Under the pieces are notes generated by a model. It was not told the DNA's origin. It ran no database searches and was given only the letters and a program-made list of their open reading frames with translations. DNA of 64,000 nt, taken from positions 92-64,091 of the forward strand of contig JBBRON010000027.1 in assembly GCA_038229375.1 (NCBI GenBank), given 5' to 3'. The translations under genes were made by a program, and so were the position numbers. Every line of letters begins with the position of its first letter. The first letter of the stretch is position 1. This DNA is from Cytophagales bacterium. Lineage in GTDB: Bacteria > Bacteroidota > Bacteroidia > Cytophagales > Cyclobacteriaceae. Shown piece after piece: positions 39,273-48,260 of this stretch.

Positions 39273-39506
39273 ATGAATCCAGCCGTTGATTTCTATTTTA
39301 ACAAGGATGCAAAGTGGCATGATGAATTAGAACAATTGCGATTGATTGTTTTGGAATGTAAGCTAACAGAAGAATTGAAATGGAGTGTTCCGTGTTACAC
39401 CTTTCAAGACGCTAACATCCTCTTACTACATATGTTTAAAGAATACTGTGCAATATTATTTTTCAAACTATCGACCATGAACTCTGAGCCCCCACCAATA
39501 GGTTAG
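39273..39506 (+). pseudogene. Truncated YdeI/DUF1801-like gene (N-terminal ~65 aa only)
   Basis: MNPAVDFYFNKDAKWHDELEQLRLIVLECKLTEELKWSVPCYTFQDANILLLHMFKEYCAILFFK matches the N-terminal half of the family. Homology stops at 39467, one nt before the stop codon (39468-39470) of the convergent gene. Confidence 0.6.
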
Positions 39507-41651
39507 TTTGACTACGAGTGAACGTGTTTTAACCCCAAAATTTTCGGGTAAATAATTATCCGTGTAAACAATAAATAAATCCGAAGCGGGCTGATATCGC
39601 CATTGAAAGCGTGTATTCAGATTAATGTTATTTCTTTGCTGGTTATATTGGGCAAAGGCCGTAAAGAATATTTTATTGGTTAGTGTTACATCTATCCTTG
39701 GACTCACCAACCAAAATATTTGCCCGCCCCATGGCAGGGGGAGCTGTATATCATTGTAACTGGTGTTGACTGCCAAACTTACATACGGTTGAAACCGATA
39801 GCCTATATCTGTTGTAAAATTGAATCGCGTTCCATCCGCGTAATAACCGCCATAGCGCAGTGTAGCACCGTACGTAAATCGGCTCTGTGGTTTAGATGTA
39901 AACTCCATATTTAGAGCGTTCCACTGGTGTTCGGTTCCAATTGCCAGTTTCTCTAATCCAGAATTAGTTGGATCAAAGGCTCGAAAAAGCTTTACATAAT
40001 TGTGACTTAAATACGCACCGATTATACTCTGTTTACGAAATACAACTCGATAACCAACATAATTTTCATCGTCTAATCGATTAAAAGATTCATTCAAGAA
40101 ATAGGTTGAACTCGCCAATGGGCCATGACTTAAAACCGTTTTTCCGCTAGGGAAAAATAAATAGCTGAATTGTGGATTTACTTTGATGTAACCCGTGCGC
40201 GGCACATACCCAACTTCAGCGACAAAGTCTTTCCCAACGTACTCATGTTGCCACGATAACAGCCAACTACGACTCGCGTAATTAAGATTAGCGCCATGCG
40301 TGTATTCGCGACCATTCACACCAGGGCTAAAGGATTTTAAAACGAATGCCTTCCCAATCCATCGATTGTCGGAAGATGCTAAGTTGTATTCAATGCCAAT
40401 ATTTCGGTTAAAATCTTTGTAAACTTTGCTCGGATCCGTGTTAGGTTTATTATCGATCGATTCTTTGTTGATGATTAGTAACCCAATGTTAGAACGTGCA
40501 AAAACTCTACGTTGAAGTGAAACGACAGCAAAATTCTGTGATGGTAAATTCACCGAGTCGACTCGTGAGGTTTGCATATCCATCGCACCGATGCGCCAGT
40601 TTTTATCAATCTTTCCACTCACCCTTCCGCCAAATTGAATAGGCGCATTCAGTCCTATTCTTCGTGAGAAAAAAGGCCGAATGGTGGCGTATCCAAAGTT
40701 GCCAAACAAATCGCCATTCTCTAAAAAGAATTGCCTGCGTTCAGGGAAGAATAATTCGAAACGATCTAAGTTAGTTACTTGTCTGTCTACTTCTACTTGT
40801 GAGAAATTAGGATTATAGGTTAAATCCATGTTGAGTGAAGACGTAAGCGAAACCTTGGCATCAACGCCTAAATCGTTTTGAAAAGTAGTAGCTGAATTTT
40901 TTAAATAATCTTTTGAGCCGCCGGTTAATCCATAAGGAATTATGCTCACGTTAGTACCTGGCACTGGTGGAGCCTTATCCCACGCAAGTGTGCCCGTATA
41001 AGCAAGTGAAGCCGTGGGAAACTGTCGAGGCACGGGAGCCCACGCTGACTTCTCTGTTGTTTTTAAATCAAGACGGCTAAAGTTGATTCCCCACTTATCG
41101 ATTCCGCCTTTGTAGCGAATGGACTTAAAAGGTATCGCTGCTTCGAATACCCATTTTTCATCATCGCTCTTAACTTCCGATGTCCATTTGTTATCCCAAC
41201 TTAAGTCTACCGAGCCACCCTGAAACATAATACCATCCCATTGCGCACCGGCAGCATTCGCACCAAAAGAAAATCCATTGGTCTGATCCTCAAATGGATC
41301 CATGAACAGTAGAAAATTGTCATTCTTACCAAAGCTGAAGTCCCGCCTCAACGATTCAACCATATAAGGCCCAGGCAGTAAATGATAACAAACCGCAATT
41401 AAATAAAGATTCTCATCATCGTACGAAAGCCGAACCTCCGTTTTTACTTTGGCAAAACTTGTGTCCATGGGAAGCACAGCGAAAAAATCTTTGGCGACAG
41501 CTGCTTGCTTCCAGGTGTCTTCCTCTAACTTTCCGTCAATTGAAATGGTAGAAATTGCCTTCTTAATGTGAACAACATATCGTTCGTTCTTCTTTTGGGC
41601 AAAGAGTTGAATCCCAAAAGTGATTAATAGTGATGTGATTAAAATCTTCAA
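39468..41651 (-). CDS. CBM9-like/DUF5916 domain outer-membrane-type protein
   Basis: Signal peptide, N-terminal CBM9-like block (IDGKLEEDTWKQAAVAKDFF...DENLYLIAVCY), long beta-rich C-terminal region ending in an aromatic-rich strand. Confidence 0.65.
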   Translation of the reverse strand: MKILITSLLITFGIQLFAQKKNERYVVHIKKAISTISIDGKLEEDTWKQAAVAKDFFAVLPMDTSFAKVKTEVRLSYDDENLYLIAVCYHLLPGPYMVESLRRDFSFGKNDNFLLFMDPFEDQTNGFSFGANAAGAQWDGIMFQGGSVDLSWDNKWTSEVKSDDEKWVFEAAIPFKSIRYKGGIDKWGINFSRLDLKTTEKSAWAPVPRQFPTASLAYTGTLAWDKAPPVPGTNVSIIPYGLTGGSKDYLKNSATTFQNDLGVDAKVSLTSSLNMDLTYNPNFSQVEVDRQVTNLDRFELFFPERRQFFLENGDLFGNFGYATIRPFFSRRIGLNAPIQFGGRVSGKIDKNWRIGAMDMQTSRVDSVNLPSQNFAVVSLQRRVFARSNIGLLIINKESIDNKPNTDPSKVYKDFNRNIGIEYNLASSDNRWIGKAFVLKSFSPGVNGREYTHGANLNYASRSWLLSWQHEYVGKDFVAEVGYVPRTGYIKVNPQFSYLFFPSGKTVLSHGPLASSTYFLNESFNRLDDENYVGYRVVFRKQSIIGAYLSHNYVKLFRAFDPTNSGLEKLAIGTEHQWNALNMEFTSKPQSRFTYGATLRYGGYYADGTRFNFTTDIGYRFQPYVSLAVNTSYNDIQLPLPWGGQIFWLVSPRIDVTLTNKIFFTAFAQYNQQRNNINLNTRFQWRYQPASDLFIVYTDNYLPENFGVKTRSLVVKLTYWWGLRVHGR

Positions 41652-41762
41652 TCTATCTACGGGTTAAGCCTTTGCAATTACATGAAAAAATAGCGTAATC
41701 AAATCTCGTTTAGTAAATGCCTTGCTATATTTGATAAACGTAATCAACCTATTATTATCGAA

Positions 41763-42073
41763 ATGAATAAAAATCACTTCTTCTCCTTCTTACATTTCTG
41801 GTAGCCTTCATTTTTGGATGCCAAAGCCCTGTAAACAATAAACGGGTTAAACAAATTGATCCCGCGCAAGCGGCAGCTCTTGCGAAATCAATTGAAGCTA
41901 CCGTTACTCCTCAATTGGCAGAAGGGCTTACCCTTAAGTCGTGGGGGATTGATTCGTTGGTGGCTGATTCGGTGACAATTGATATTGATGACATGGGAAG
42001 AATTTATTACACCCGCACCAATCGCCAAAAGAATTCTGAGTTTGACATTCGTGGTCACGCTAAAAAGACCTAG
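41763..42073 (+). pseudogene. Possible N-terminal stub (frameshifted) of a beta-propeller dehydrogenase-like lipoprotein
   Basis: MNKNHFFSFLHFW* is followed, in another frame, by LLLTFLVAFIFGCQSP...LAEGLTLKSWGIDSLVADSVTIDIDDMGRIYYTRTNRQKNSEFDIRGH. It ends at the truA stop. Recognition is by memory of the family's N-terminal pattern only. Confidence 0.3.
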
Positions 42074-42879
42074 ACCGGAACCCAGTTATCTACGGTGTTC
42101 TGAAGAATTGTCGAAAATTCCGACCGTTGAGGAAGGTCGAGGTAGGGATAAATTACTTTGGAGAGGTAAAGACCCTGTGGATACGCCGGCTCAATATTTT
42201 TTGGTGGCTTTTTACTGATAAGATAACTTTCAAATTCATCTACGCTCATCTCACCCTGCCCTATTTCTATCAGCTTCGCTACAATGATCCGGATCATTCT
42301 TGCCAGGAAGCGATTAGCTGAAATTTGAAAACGAATTTTGTCACCAGAGGTATCCGTGAATAAATTGGCCGAAGAAACATTGCAAATTGTGGTTCTGTAA
42401 CTGGACGGACTCTTACAAAAGCCAGCGTAGTCATTATAGCGCGTCAATAGCGCAGTGGCCTCCCTCATCTTGTGAAGGTCAAGATTTGGAAGCAGATAAA
42501 ACGAACTAAGAGAATTTATAAATGGATCTTTATACGTATGAATAAAGTAATCATAGCGCCTGAGGATGGCATCAAATCGAGCATGCGCCAGATCGGCAAC
42601 TGGTAATATGTCAAACACAGAGATATCATCTGGCAGCATCTTGTTGATCCGGAATATAAGGTCATAGTCCCAATCGGTGGCGATATCAGCATGAAAGAAA
42701 AATTGACTTGCATGCACTTGCGCGTCTGTGCGGCCGCAACCTACCGCTGTGATCTCTTGTTTGAGGATCTGGCTCAGCGTTGTCTCAACAATTTCCTGAA
42801 TATTAACAGCCTTGGTCTGCCTCTGCCACCCACGATAACCATGACCGTTGTATGCTATATGAAAGAAGAATCTTTTCAA
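42070..42879 (-). CDS. truA: tRNA pseudouridine(38-40) synthase TruA
   Basis: MKRFFFHIAYNGHGYRGWQRQ and the catalytic GCGRTDAQVHA motif. Confidence 0.9.
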   Translation of the reverse strand: MKRFFFHIAYNGHGYRGWQRQTKAVNIQEIVETTLSQILKQEITAVGCGRTDAQVHASQFFFHADIATDWDYDLIFRINKMLPDDISVFDILPVADLAHARFDAILRRYDYFIHTYKDPFINSLSSFYLLPNLDLHKMREATALLTRYNDYAGFCKSPSSYRTTICNVSSANLFTDTSGDKIRFQISANRFLARMIRIIVAKLIEIGQGEMSVDEFESYLISKKPPKNIEPAYPQGLYLSKVIYPYLDLPQRSEFSTILQNTVDNWVPV

Positions 42880-43030
42880 AACGGGTATCTTTTTCTACGC
42901 CAGGTCACAAATATAAACTTTTGTTCAACCTACGCCGGTAGAATGTCGTACAATACAATAGAGGAGTGAACATCCGGCTCTGGGTCTGACTGGAATGGTA
43001 TTTGAGGTTAAGCCTTAAAACGACCATGTC

Positions 43031-43549
43031 ATGAAAAACGATACATCAAATCAAAACTTAGAACACCAGGCTGCAATTGAAAAAATGCAGGAACTGGTAA
43101 AGCACAATTCCATGTGCTTGTTTACTACCTTGCTTACTGAATTGCCATTGCATTCACGGCCGATGAGTATTGCGAAAGTGTGTGATCACGGAAATTTCTG
43201 GTTCCTGAGTGCCGGTGACAGCAATAAGAATATGAATATTTCTGCTGATCCAAGGGTGCAGCTGTTTTCAACCAATCAGTCCGACTCTGAGTACCTGACG
43301 GTGTATGGCAAAGCAACCATCACAAGAGAGAGGAAAAAAATTGAAGAAATCTGGACGCCGATCGCCAACGCATGGTTTAAAGACGGTATTGATGATCCTA
43401 GAGTCACGGTCATTAAGGTCGCTCCTGAAGAAGCCTATTATTGGGATACAAAGAACGGCAAGATGATATCAATGATCAAGATACTCGCGTCTGCTGTATC
43501 TGGTGCCAAGATAGATGATGGCGTACAGGGAGTTCTTTCGGTAAACTAA
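43031..43549 (+). CDS. Pyridoxamine 5'-phosphate oxidase-like / general stress protein 26 family
   Basis: Pattern CLFTT...RPMS...GNFWFLS...EYLTVYGKA...W...YWD typical of the GSP26/PNPOx-like fold. Confidence 0.7.
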   Translation: MKNDTSNQNLEHQAAIEKMQELVKHNSMCLFTTLLTELPLHSRPMSIAKVCDHGNFWFLSAGDSNKNMNISADPRVQLFSTNQSDSEYLTVYGKATITRERKKIEEIWTPIANAWFKDGIDDPRVTVIKVAPEEAYYWDTKNGKMISMIKILASAVSGAKIDDGVQGVLSVN

Positions 43550-43567
43550 GAAATCAATTCATTTCAT

Positions 43568-43599
43568 TCCAGTCGATAGAGATATCGACTGGATTTTTT
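43568..43599 (+). terminator. Rho-independent terminator; last clear core-genome signal before the integrase module
   Basis: TCCAGTCGAT-AGAGAT-ATCGACTGGA followed by TTTTTT. Confidence 0.8.
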
Positions 43600-44056
43600 A
43601 TGATCGTCGAAGAAGGAATTTAATCCTTAATTAATTAAATTTGGTCGCAATGGAATTCGAGGCGTTCGACAATCCTTTAACGTAACAAGATGCGAAAATC
43701 CCTATTCAAAGTCTTGGCCAAAATCAACAAAATGTTACTGCCCTCGGTAAGTAAGCTTGATATGAATAAGCTTAGCAAAGCCAATAAGGCACTAATAGCA
43801 AATAACTAATCCTGAAAATCGCACGTAAGCTAAATAAACCCTTACAACTTCCCAATTCTCCACTTTTCATAGGTTTCTATCCTTCGGTCTGTATAGCCGT
43901 TTTACTACCTTTTTAGGGTGTTTCTGTTACTCCCTTGTTACTGCAAAATTCCACTGAGGTTACTTGAAAGTTCATGAACCTGACTCTTCCTAAAGCGATG
44001 TTATAAACTTGCCTTCAGAAAGTCAGGGATGTTAAACCCTTTTAAACAAAAGTAAC

Positions 44057-45202
44057 ATGGCAGTAAAATTAAGAGAAAAAATGTTAGCAAACGGGCACGC
44101 GTCTTTTTACCTCGATATTTATCACAATAAAGCGAGGTGGTATGAGTTTCTCAACATCCATATTAACCGAAAGAAGCTATCCGAAGAAGACAAAGAAAAA
44201 AAACGACTGGCTGGGGAGATCAGATCCAGACGTGAGCACGAGCTTATCGTGGAAGACAATGGACTGATTGACAAGAAAAGGAAACTGGCAGATTTTAAAG
44301 AATTCTTAAAAGCACATCTGAATTCCAAGCCACACAATCATCTGTCAACGGCAACCGTTTATCAGTTAAATAAATTTATGGGGAAGCGTTCTCTTCCGAT
44401 CGCAAGCGTAACAACTGAATGGATGAAAGATTTTGAGAAATTTCTTCTGAAATCTGTGAGCAACAATAGTGCATTATGCTATCTCAAGAACATCAATGGC
44501 GCTTTGAATGAACTGGTGCGCAAGCAGGTCATCGCCAGCAACCCCTGGCATGGCGTTCCTAAACATGAGCGTTTGCAAAAGAAGGACATTATGCGCACTG
44601 CTTGGTCATTGGAACAACTACAACTGCTGGCCAATACATCGTGTAAAGTGGAGCCTCAGTTTAAGCAAGCTTATTTCTTTGCTTGCTTCACTGGCCTACG
44701 TTGGAGTGATGTTAATGGTCTAATGTGGACTAACATCATCCAGAAGACAATTAGCGAGCAGGAAGAGTGGTTCATTTACTTCGAACAACAAAAGACAGAA
44801 GCCGTTGAGTATTTTCCCTTGTCCGATCAGGCTGTTGAGATTGTGAAAGCACAAAAAACTCTCGATGATAAAAGCATCTATGTTTTTCCTCTAGTGAAAG
44901 AGACTGATTACAAGAACAAGCCTGTTCAAAGCAGGGTTGATTATGCATTGAAGAAATGGGCAAAGGCTGCCGGTCTTGATGAGAAGAAAATGAAATTCCA
45001 TACAGGCCGACATACCTATGCCACCAACTTGCTGGAGCTAACCAATGGCGACCTTTACACGGTTTCAAAGCTATTGGGCCATAAGAGCATCCTGACGACA
45101 CAGATCTATGCTCACGTGAGAGACCGGATGAAACAAGTGGCTGTTAAATCCTTGCCAAAACTAAATCTTCAGATAGCTCCTGATCCATTCATAAAAAAAT
45201 GA
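44057..45202 (+). CDS. Tyrosine-type site-specific recombinase/integrase (Bacteroidota phage-integrase family)
   Basis: C-terminal catalytic region FACFTGLRWSDV ... HTGRHTYATNLLE ... LLGHKSILTTQIYAHV (R..HxxR..Y). N-terminal Arm/SAM-like region. Confidence 0.95.
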   Translation: MAVKLREKMLANGHASFYLDIYHNKARWYEFLNIHINRKKLSEEDKEKKRLAGEIRSRREHELIVEDNGLIDKKRKLADFKEFLKAHLNSKPHNHLSTATVYQLNKFMGKRSLPIASVTTEWMKDFEKFLLKSVSNNSALCYLKNINGALNELVRKQVIASNPWHGVPKHERLQKKDIMRTAWSLEQLQLLANTSCKVEPQFKQAYFFACFTGLRWSDVNGLMWTNIIQKTISEQEEWFIYFEQQKTEAVEYFPLSDQAVEIVKAQKTLDDKSIYVFPLVKETDYKNKPVQSRVDYALKKWAKAAGLDEKKMKFHTGRHTYATNLLELTNGDLYTVSKLLGHKSILTTQIYAHVRDRMKQVAVKSLPKLNLQIAPDPFIKK

Positions 45203-45319
45203 GATTAATCAAAGTTCTTGTGGGTAAACTACAGGAACTTTAATTTGACATTTCCTTGAGAAACTACCAGCATTGCCTAATAAGAATGCCAATAAATCGT
45301 TATTAATAAAACATAGAAT

Positions 45320-46174
45320 ATGGAATCGAACCAATATTTTGAAGTAGACCTGGGCTTGATCAGTAGCCATGAAAAAAGAATCCGATCAGAGTACGATTAT
45401 AAGTTAGAATATGAAAGTTTGGTTACATCCATGCTAGGTCATGAAGGAATTTACCTATTCGAAGAGGATATAACTGACCGTTTTAACAACCTTTCTTTAC
45501 AGGAAATTCTGGAACAACAGGAGAACTTTGTGCAAGGCCCCAATCTGCCTAACCCGCGTAAACAAAACAAACGTTGCGCCACCTATTATGACACAACAAT
45601 GGTATTTTACATTACTCCTAAAAACATATACTATCCTGAATTCTTTGCCTACCTGCTCAAGCATAGCGACTTAATAAAAATAGATCAGTGCTTAACCTAT
45701 CAGTTAGAGAAGTATCATGGCAATGACTTTAATGCCTTCTCACGACTACTGGTACTCATGATCCGGAAGTTTGGACATGTCATCATTCCAGAGCAAGTTG
45801 TAGTTACGATACAAGAGTGGCTTACTGTTAAAACGGAGCAGCACACAAAAGAGGAAGGTGATTCTAGCGGTTCGAGCGCCAGTGGAAAGCGAGGGAAGAT
45901 AAACCGAAGAGCAGAGGATAACATAACATCCCTAAACCGGGAACAAACCATCCTCTTCATTCAATATATGAAAGAAGCTGGAGTGTTTTTGAAAGATGAA
46001 TACCTTACGGATGCCAATGCTGGAAAAGCATTTGAACTACTTACCGGATTTAGTCAGAACACCTTACGCCAAGACCTCGGAAAATTCTATCAATTCGAAA
46101 GCAAGGAGAATCTTCATAAACTTCACAAGCTATTCTCACAGTTAATCCAACAGATTGATAAACAATTGAAGTGA
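45320..46174 (+). CDS. Hypothetical protein (284 aa) of the integrase module
   Basis: Long ORF immediately downstream of the integrase. No motif I recognise; Ser/Gly/Lys-rich linker at about aa 180-200. Confidence 0.6.
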   Translation: MESNQYFEVDLGLISSHEKRIRSEYDYKLEYESLVTSMLGHEGIYLFEEDITDRFNNLSLQEILEQQENFVQGPNLPNPRKQNKRCATYYDTTMVFYITPKNIYYPEFFAYLLKHSDLIKIDQCLTYQLEKYHGNDFNAFSRLLVLMIRKFGHVIIPEQVVVTIQEWLTVKTEQHTKEEGDSSGSSASGKRGKINRRAEDNITSLNREQTILFIQYMKEAGVFLKDEYLTDANAGKAFELLTGFSQNTLRQDLGKFYQFESKENLHKLHKLFSQLIQQIDKQLK

Positions 46175-46280
46175 AAATAAACTGACAGTTCAGGTTACTA
46201 GAGAGTTCAGGAACCCGACAATGAGATAATGAATGTACGATCTTTGTAGTAGTTCAAATCACTATAAAGATTTTCATTTT

Positions 46281-46616
46281 ATGACACATTCGTTTTTGTT
46301 GAGCCTGAATGAGGCGGAGTTCAAAGCTTTCCTGCGGGAAGCCTTGACAGAGATTTTGCTGGAGGTGAAACACAAGGCTGAGGCGAATATGCCTGACATC
46401 CTCAATGTATCAGAAGCGGCAGCTTTTCTGAAGCTGCAAATATCGACCCTTTACGAAAAGACGGCCACACGCCTGATCCCTCACTTCAAGAAGGGTAACC
46501 GGTTATACTTCTACCGGAAAGACTTGGAGGATTGGTTGCGTGAAGGCCGTGTTAAAACCCAGCGGGAGATTCAGGTCGACGCCTCTACATTCACCATGGG
46601 TAAGCAGTATAGGTAA
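46281..46616 (+). CDS. Excisionase/MerR-type helix-turn-helix DNA-binding protein
   Basis: ILNVSEAAAFLKLQISTLYEKTATRLIPHFKKGNRLYFYRKDLEDWL is the classic Xis-type HTH_17 pattern. Confidence 0.75.
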   Translation: MTHSFLLSLNEAEFKAFLREALTEILLEVKHKAEANMPDILNVSEAAAFLKLQISTLYEKTATRLIPHFKKGNRLYFYRKDLEDWLREGRVKTQREIQVDASTFTMGKQYR

Positions 46617-46626
46617 GGTCTATAGC

Positions 46627-46667
46627 TATCGTAAAATATGGTTTATGTTCATCCCTATTTTACGATA
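46627..46667. repeat. Perfect 12-nt inverted repeat TATCGTAAAATA / TATTTTACGATA with a 17-nt spacer
   Basis: Read directly: 46627-46638 and 46656-46667. Shares the CGTAAAATA core with the repeats at 47135-47238. Confidence 0.9.
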
Positions 46668-46703
46668 AGCAATAAGATTCAGCGAGGTTAAAATTTCACA
46701 GAC

Positions 46704-47117
46704 ATGGATCAACCATTAGAAAAAAGTTCGGCAAAGCCACCAGAAGCGGTGAAGAAACCAGAGTCAGAAAAGCTCCAGGCACCTTCTCGTCTTGCGGAAG
46801 AATTATCAAAGTATCCTTCCGCTCTGGATGGTCTTCTAAAATTTCTTTGTCATCCGTTTATATTTTTAGGTGGTATTATGGTAGCGATATATTTCTTGTA
46901 CAAAGCCAAAAACTCCGGAAGTATTGATTCGGAGAATGCGAAACTGCTTGATACTAACAAGGAGTTACGTGCAGAAGTTAAGGTTTTGAGGAAAGAAAAC
47001 AACGATCTCAAATATCAGCTTCGACTGCCCTATGATGATGAGTATGATTATCCGGTCAGAGAAAGAAAACTGTTAACTGCTGGAAAGAAAAAGATCAGTG
47101 TGGCACGTCTCGAATGA
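46704..47117 (+). CDS. Hypothetical single-TM coiled-coil protein
   Basis: ORF with one hydrophobic helix (FIFLGGIMVAIYFLY) followed by a heptad-like segment. Confidence 0.5.
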   Translation: MDQPLEKSSAKPPEAVKKPESEKLQAPSRLAEELSKYPSALDGLLKFLCHPFIFLGGIMVAIYFLYKAKNSGSIDSENAKLLDTNKELRAEVKVLRKENNDLKYQLRLPYDDEYDYPVRERKLLTAGKKKISVARLE

Positions 47118-47134
47118 AACCAGCTATGAATTAC

Positions 47135-47238
47135 CGTAAAATACTCATCCTCAAAATAGTTGAAATCTGGTTGGTTAGCGTAAAATACGTTTTGCAGAAT
47201 CCGTTACAGCATACTCTCCAACGGTATTTTACGCTAAC
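47135..47238. repeat. Three further CGTAAAATAC copies, including a perfect 15-nt inverted repeat (47174-47188 / 47224-47238)
   Basis: Read directly: CGTAAAATAC at 47135-47144 (+) and 47179-47188 (+), and its complement at 47224-47233. The arms are GTTAGCGTAAAATAC / GTATTTTACGCTAAC. Confidence 0.9.
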
Positions 47239-47270
47239 ACATTTTACTTTTCGCTTATCGTTGTGATGTT

Positions 47271-47888
47271 ATGCAAAAGAACTGTGCATACTGCGGAAGT
47301 CCCTTTTCGTTTCAGCGAAATACAAGAAAGTATTGCTCTGATAATTGCAAGCAGATGGCATATTTTTCCCGTAATGGATTTACTCCGGCTCAAGCATCAA
47401 CTACAAAACCAGTAAGTACAGGTTATGGTGTTAGCGCAAAGGAATCTGTTACCGTAAAAGACGTAAAATGCGCATTGCTCAGTGGCGTTAAAAGCGATAA
47501 AAACTATGATGAATTTACCATAAATAAACCCGAGCTTGAAAAAGTAATGGTGTATGCCAAGTGTTTAATCCGGAATCTTCTTCATTTATCAGAGCACCAG
47601 CACATAGAGCGGGAAACTCTTCTTGAATTTACGGCTACATGGTCACAATTTGTTCGATGGCGTTCTTTTAAAAGAACAGAATTGAAGTTTCCTCACTGTT
47701 CGTTAATGCTCAGATTGGAAAGTAAACTTTATGCTATAGTCAAAGCACATAGGCAAAGCGACCTGATTGAAATTAGTCTCTCACCAGAGTTAAATGATCA
47801 GCTAAATGATAGCTTAAATGAAATGGAATATCTGGGGAACATCAAGTTTGATGAGATTCGCTTTGATAGCAAAGAGCGAAATACCTAG
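47271..47888 (+). CDS. Hypothetical protein with N-terminal four-Cys zinc ribbon
   Basis: CAYCGSPFSFQRNTRKYCSDNCKQ (CxxC-x15-CxxxC). Confidence 0.55.
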   Translation: MQKNCAYCGSPFSFQRNTRKYCSDNCKQMAYFSRNGFTPAQASTTKPVSTGYGVSAKESVTVKDVKCALLSGVKSDKNYDEFTINKPELEKVMVYAKCLIRNLLHLSEHQHIERETLLEFTATWSQFVRWRSFKRTELKFPHCSLMLRLESKLYAIVKAHRQSDLIEISLSPELNDQLNDSLNEMEYLGNIKFDEIRFDSKERNT

Positions 47889-47898
47889 GAAGAGTTAA

Positions 47899-48105
47899 TT
47901 ATTTACTTGGCACGAGAAAATCCCTCACATCCCTTCTAAGCACCTTTGCAATTTCATATAACATTTCAATAGAAGGCTGCCTTGAATTAGTACACCACCT
48001 GGATACCGTTTGTTCCGAAACGTGAAGCAACTCGGCTAATTCTTTGTTAGACTTTCCTTCTTCTGCTATAATCGCCTTAATCTTATTGTAGACCTTTTTT
48101 GCCAT
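47899..48105 (-). CDS. XRE/Cro-type HTH transcriptional regulator (68 aa)
   Basis: NKELAELLHVSEQTVSRWCTNSRQPSIEMLYEIAKVL. I chose the start at 48105 (MAKKVYNKIK) rather than the track start at 48192. Confidence 0.75.
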   Translation of the reverse strand: MAKKVYNKIKAIIAEEGKSNKELAELLHVSEQTVSRWCTNSRQPSIEMLYEIAKVLRRDVRDFLVPSK

Positions 48106-48260
48106 TGTCGAAGATATATCGACAAATATAAACCGCGCATAATTGCTTGATTTAGAGCTTTTATGGTCCGTTATGTTATATAAATATTCCAATTTAGACT
48201 ATTAATTAATGTAAATGGAGTATTTTTAGATACAAAATAAGTATTAAGGTTTTTTGTTAA

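Noticed and set aside
43811-43823. CCTGAAAATCGCA (43811-43823) versus CCTAAAATCGCA (48738-48749) as candidate attL/attR direct repeats bracketing the integrase module
   Set aside because: Only a 9-nt exact core (AAAATCGCA) is shared. My rough estimate is that a 9-mer match between a ~450-bp and a ~700-bp region is expected about once by chance. It should be tested only by comparison with an empty site.
43600-44056. tRNA or tmRNA gene as the integration target next to the integrase
   Set aside because: I found no cloverleaf-compatible sequence or GTTCGAATC-type T-arm by eye. The GGTTCGAT at ~32380 is inside the GH43 3' region and lacks tRNA context.
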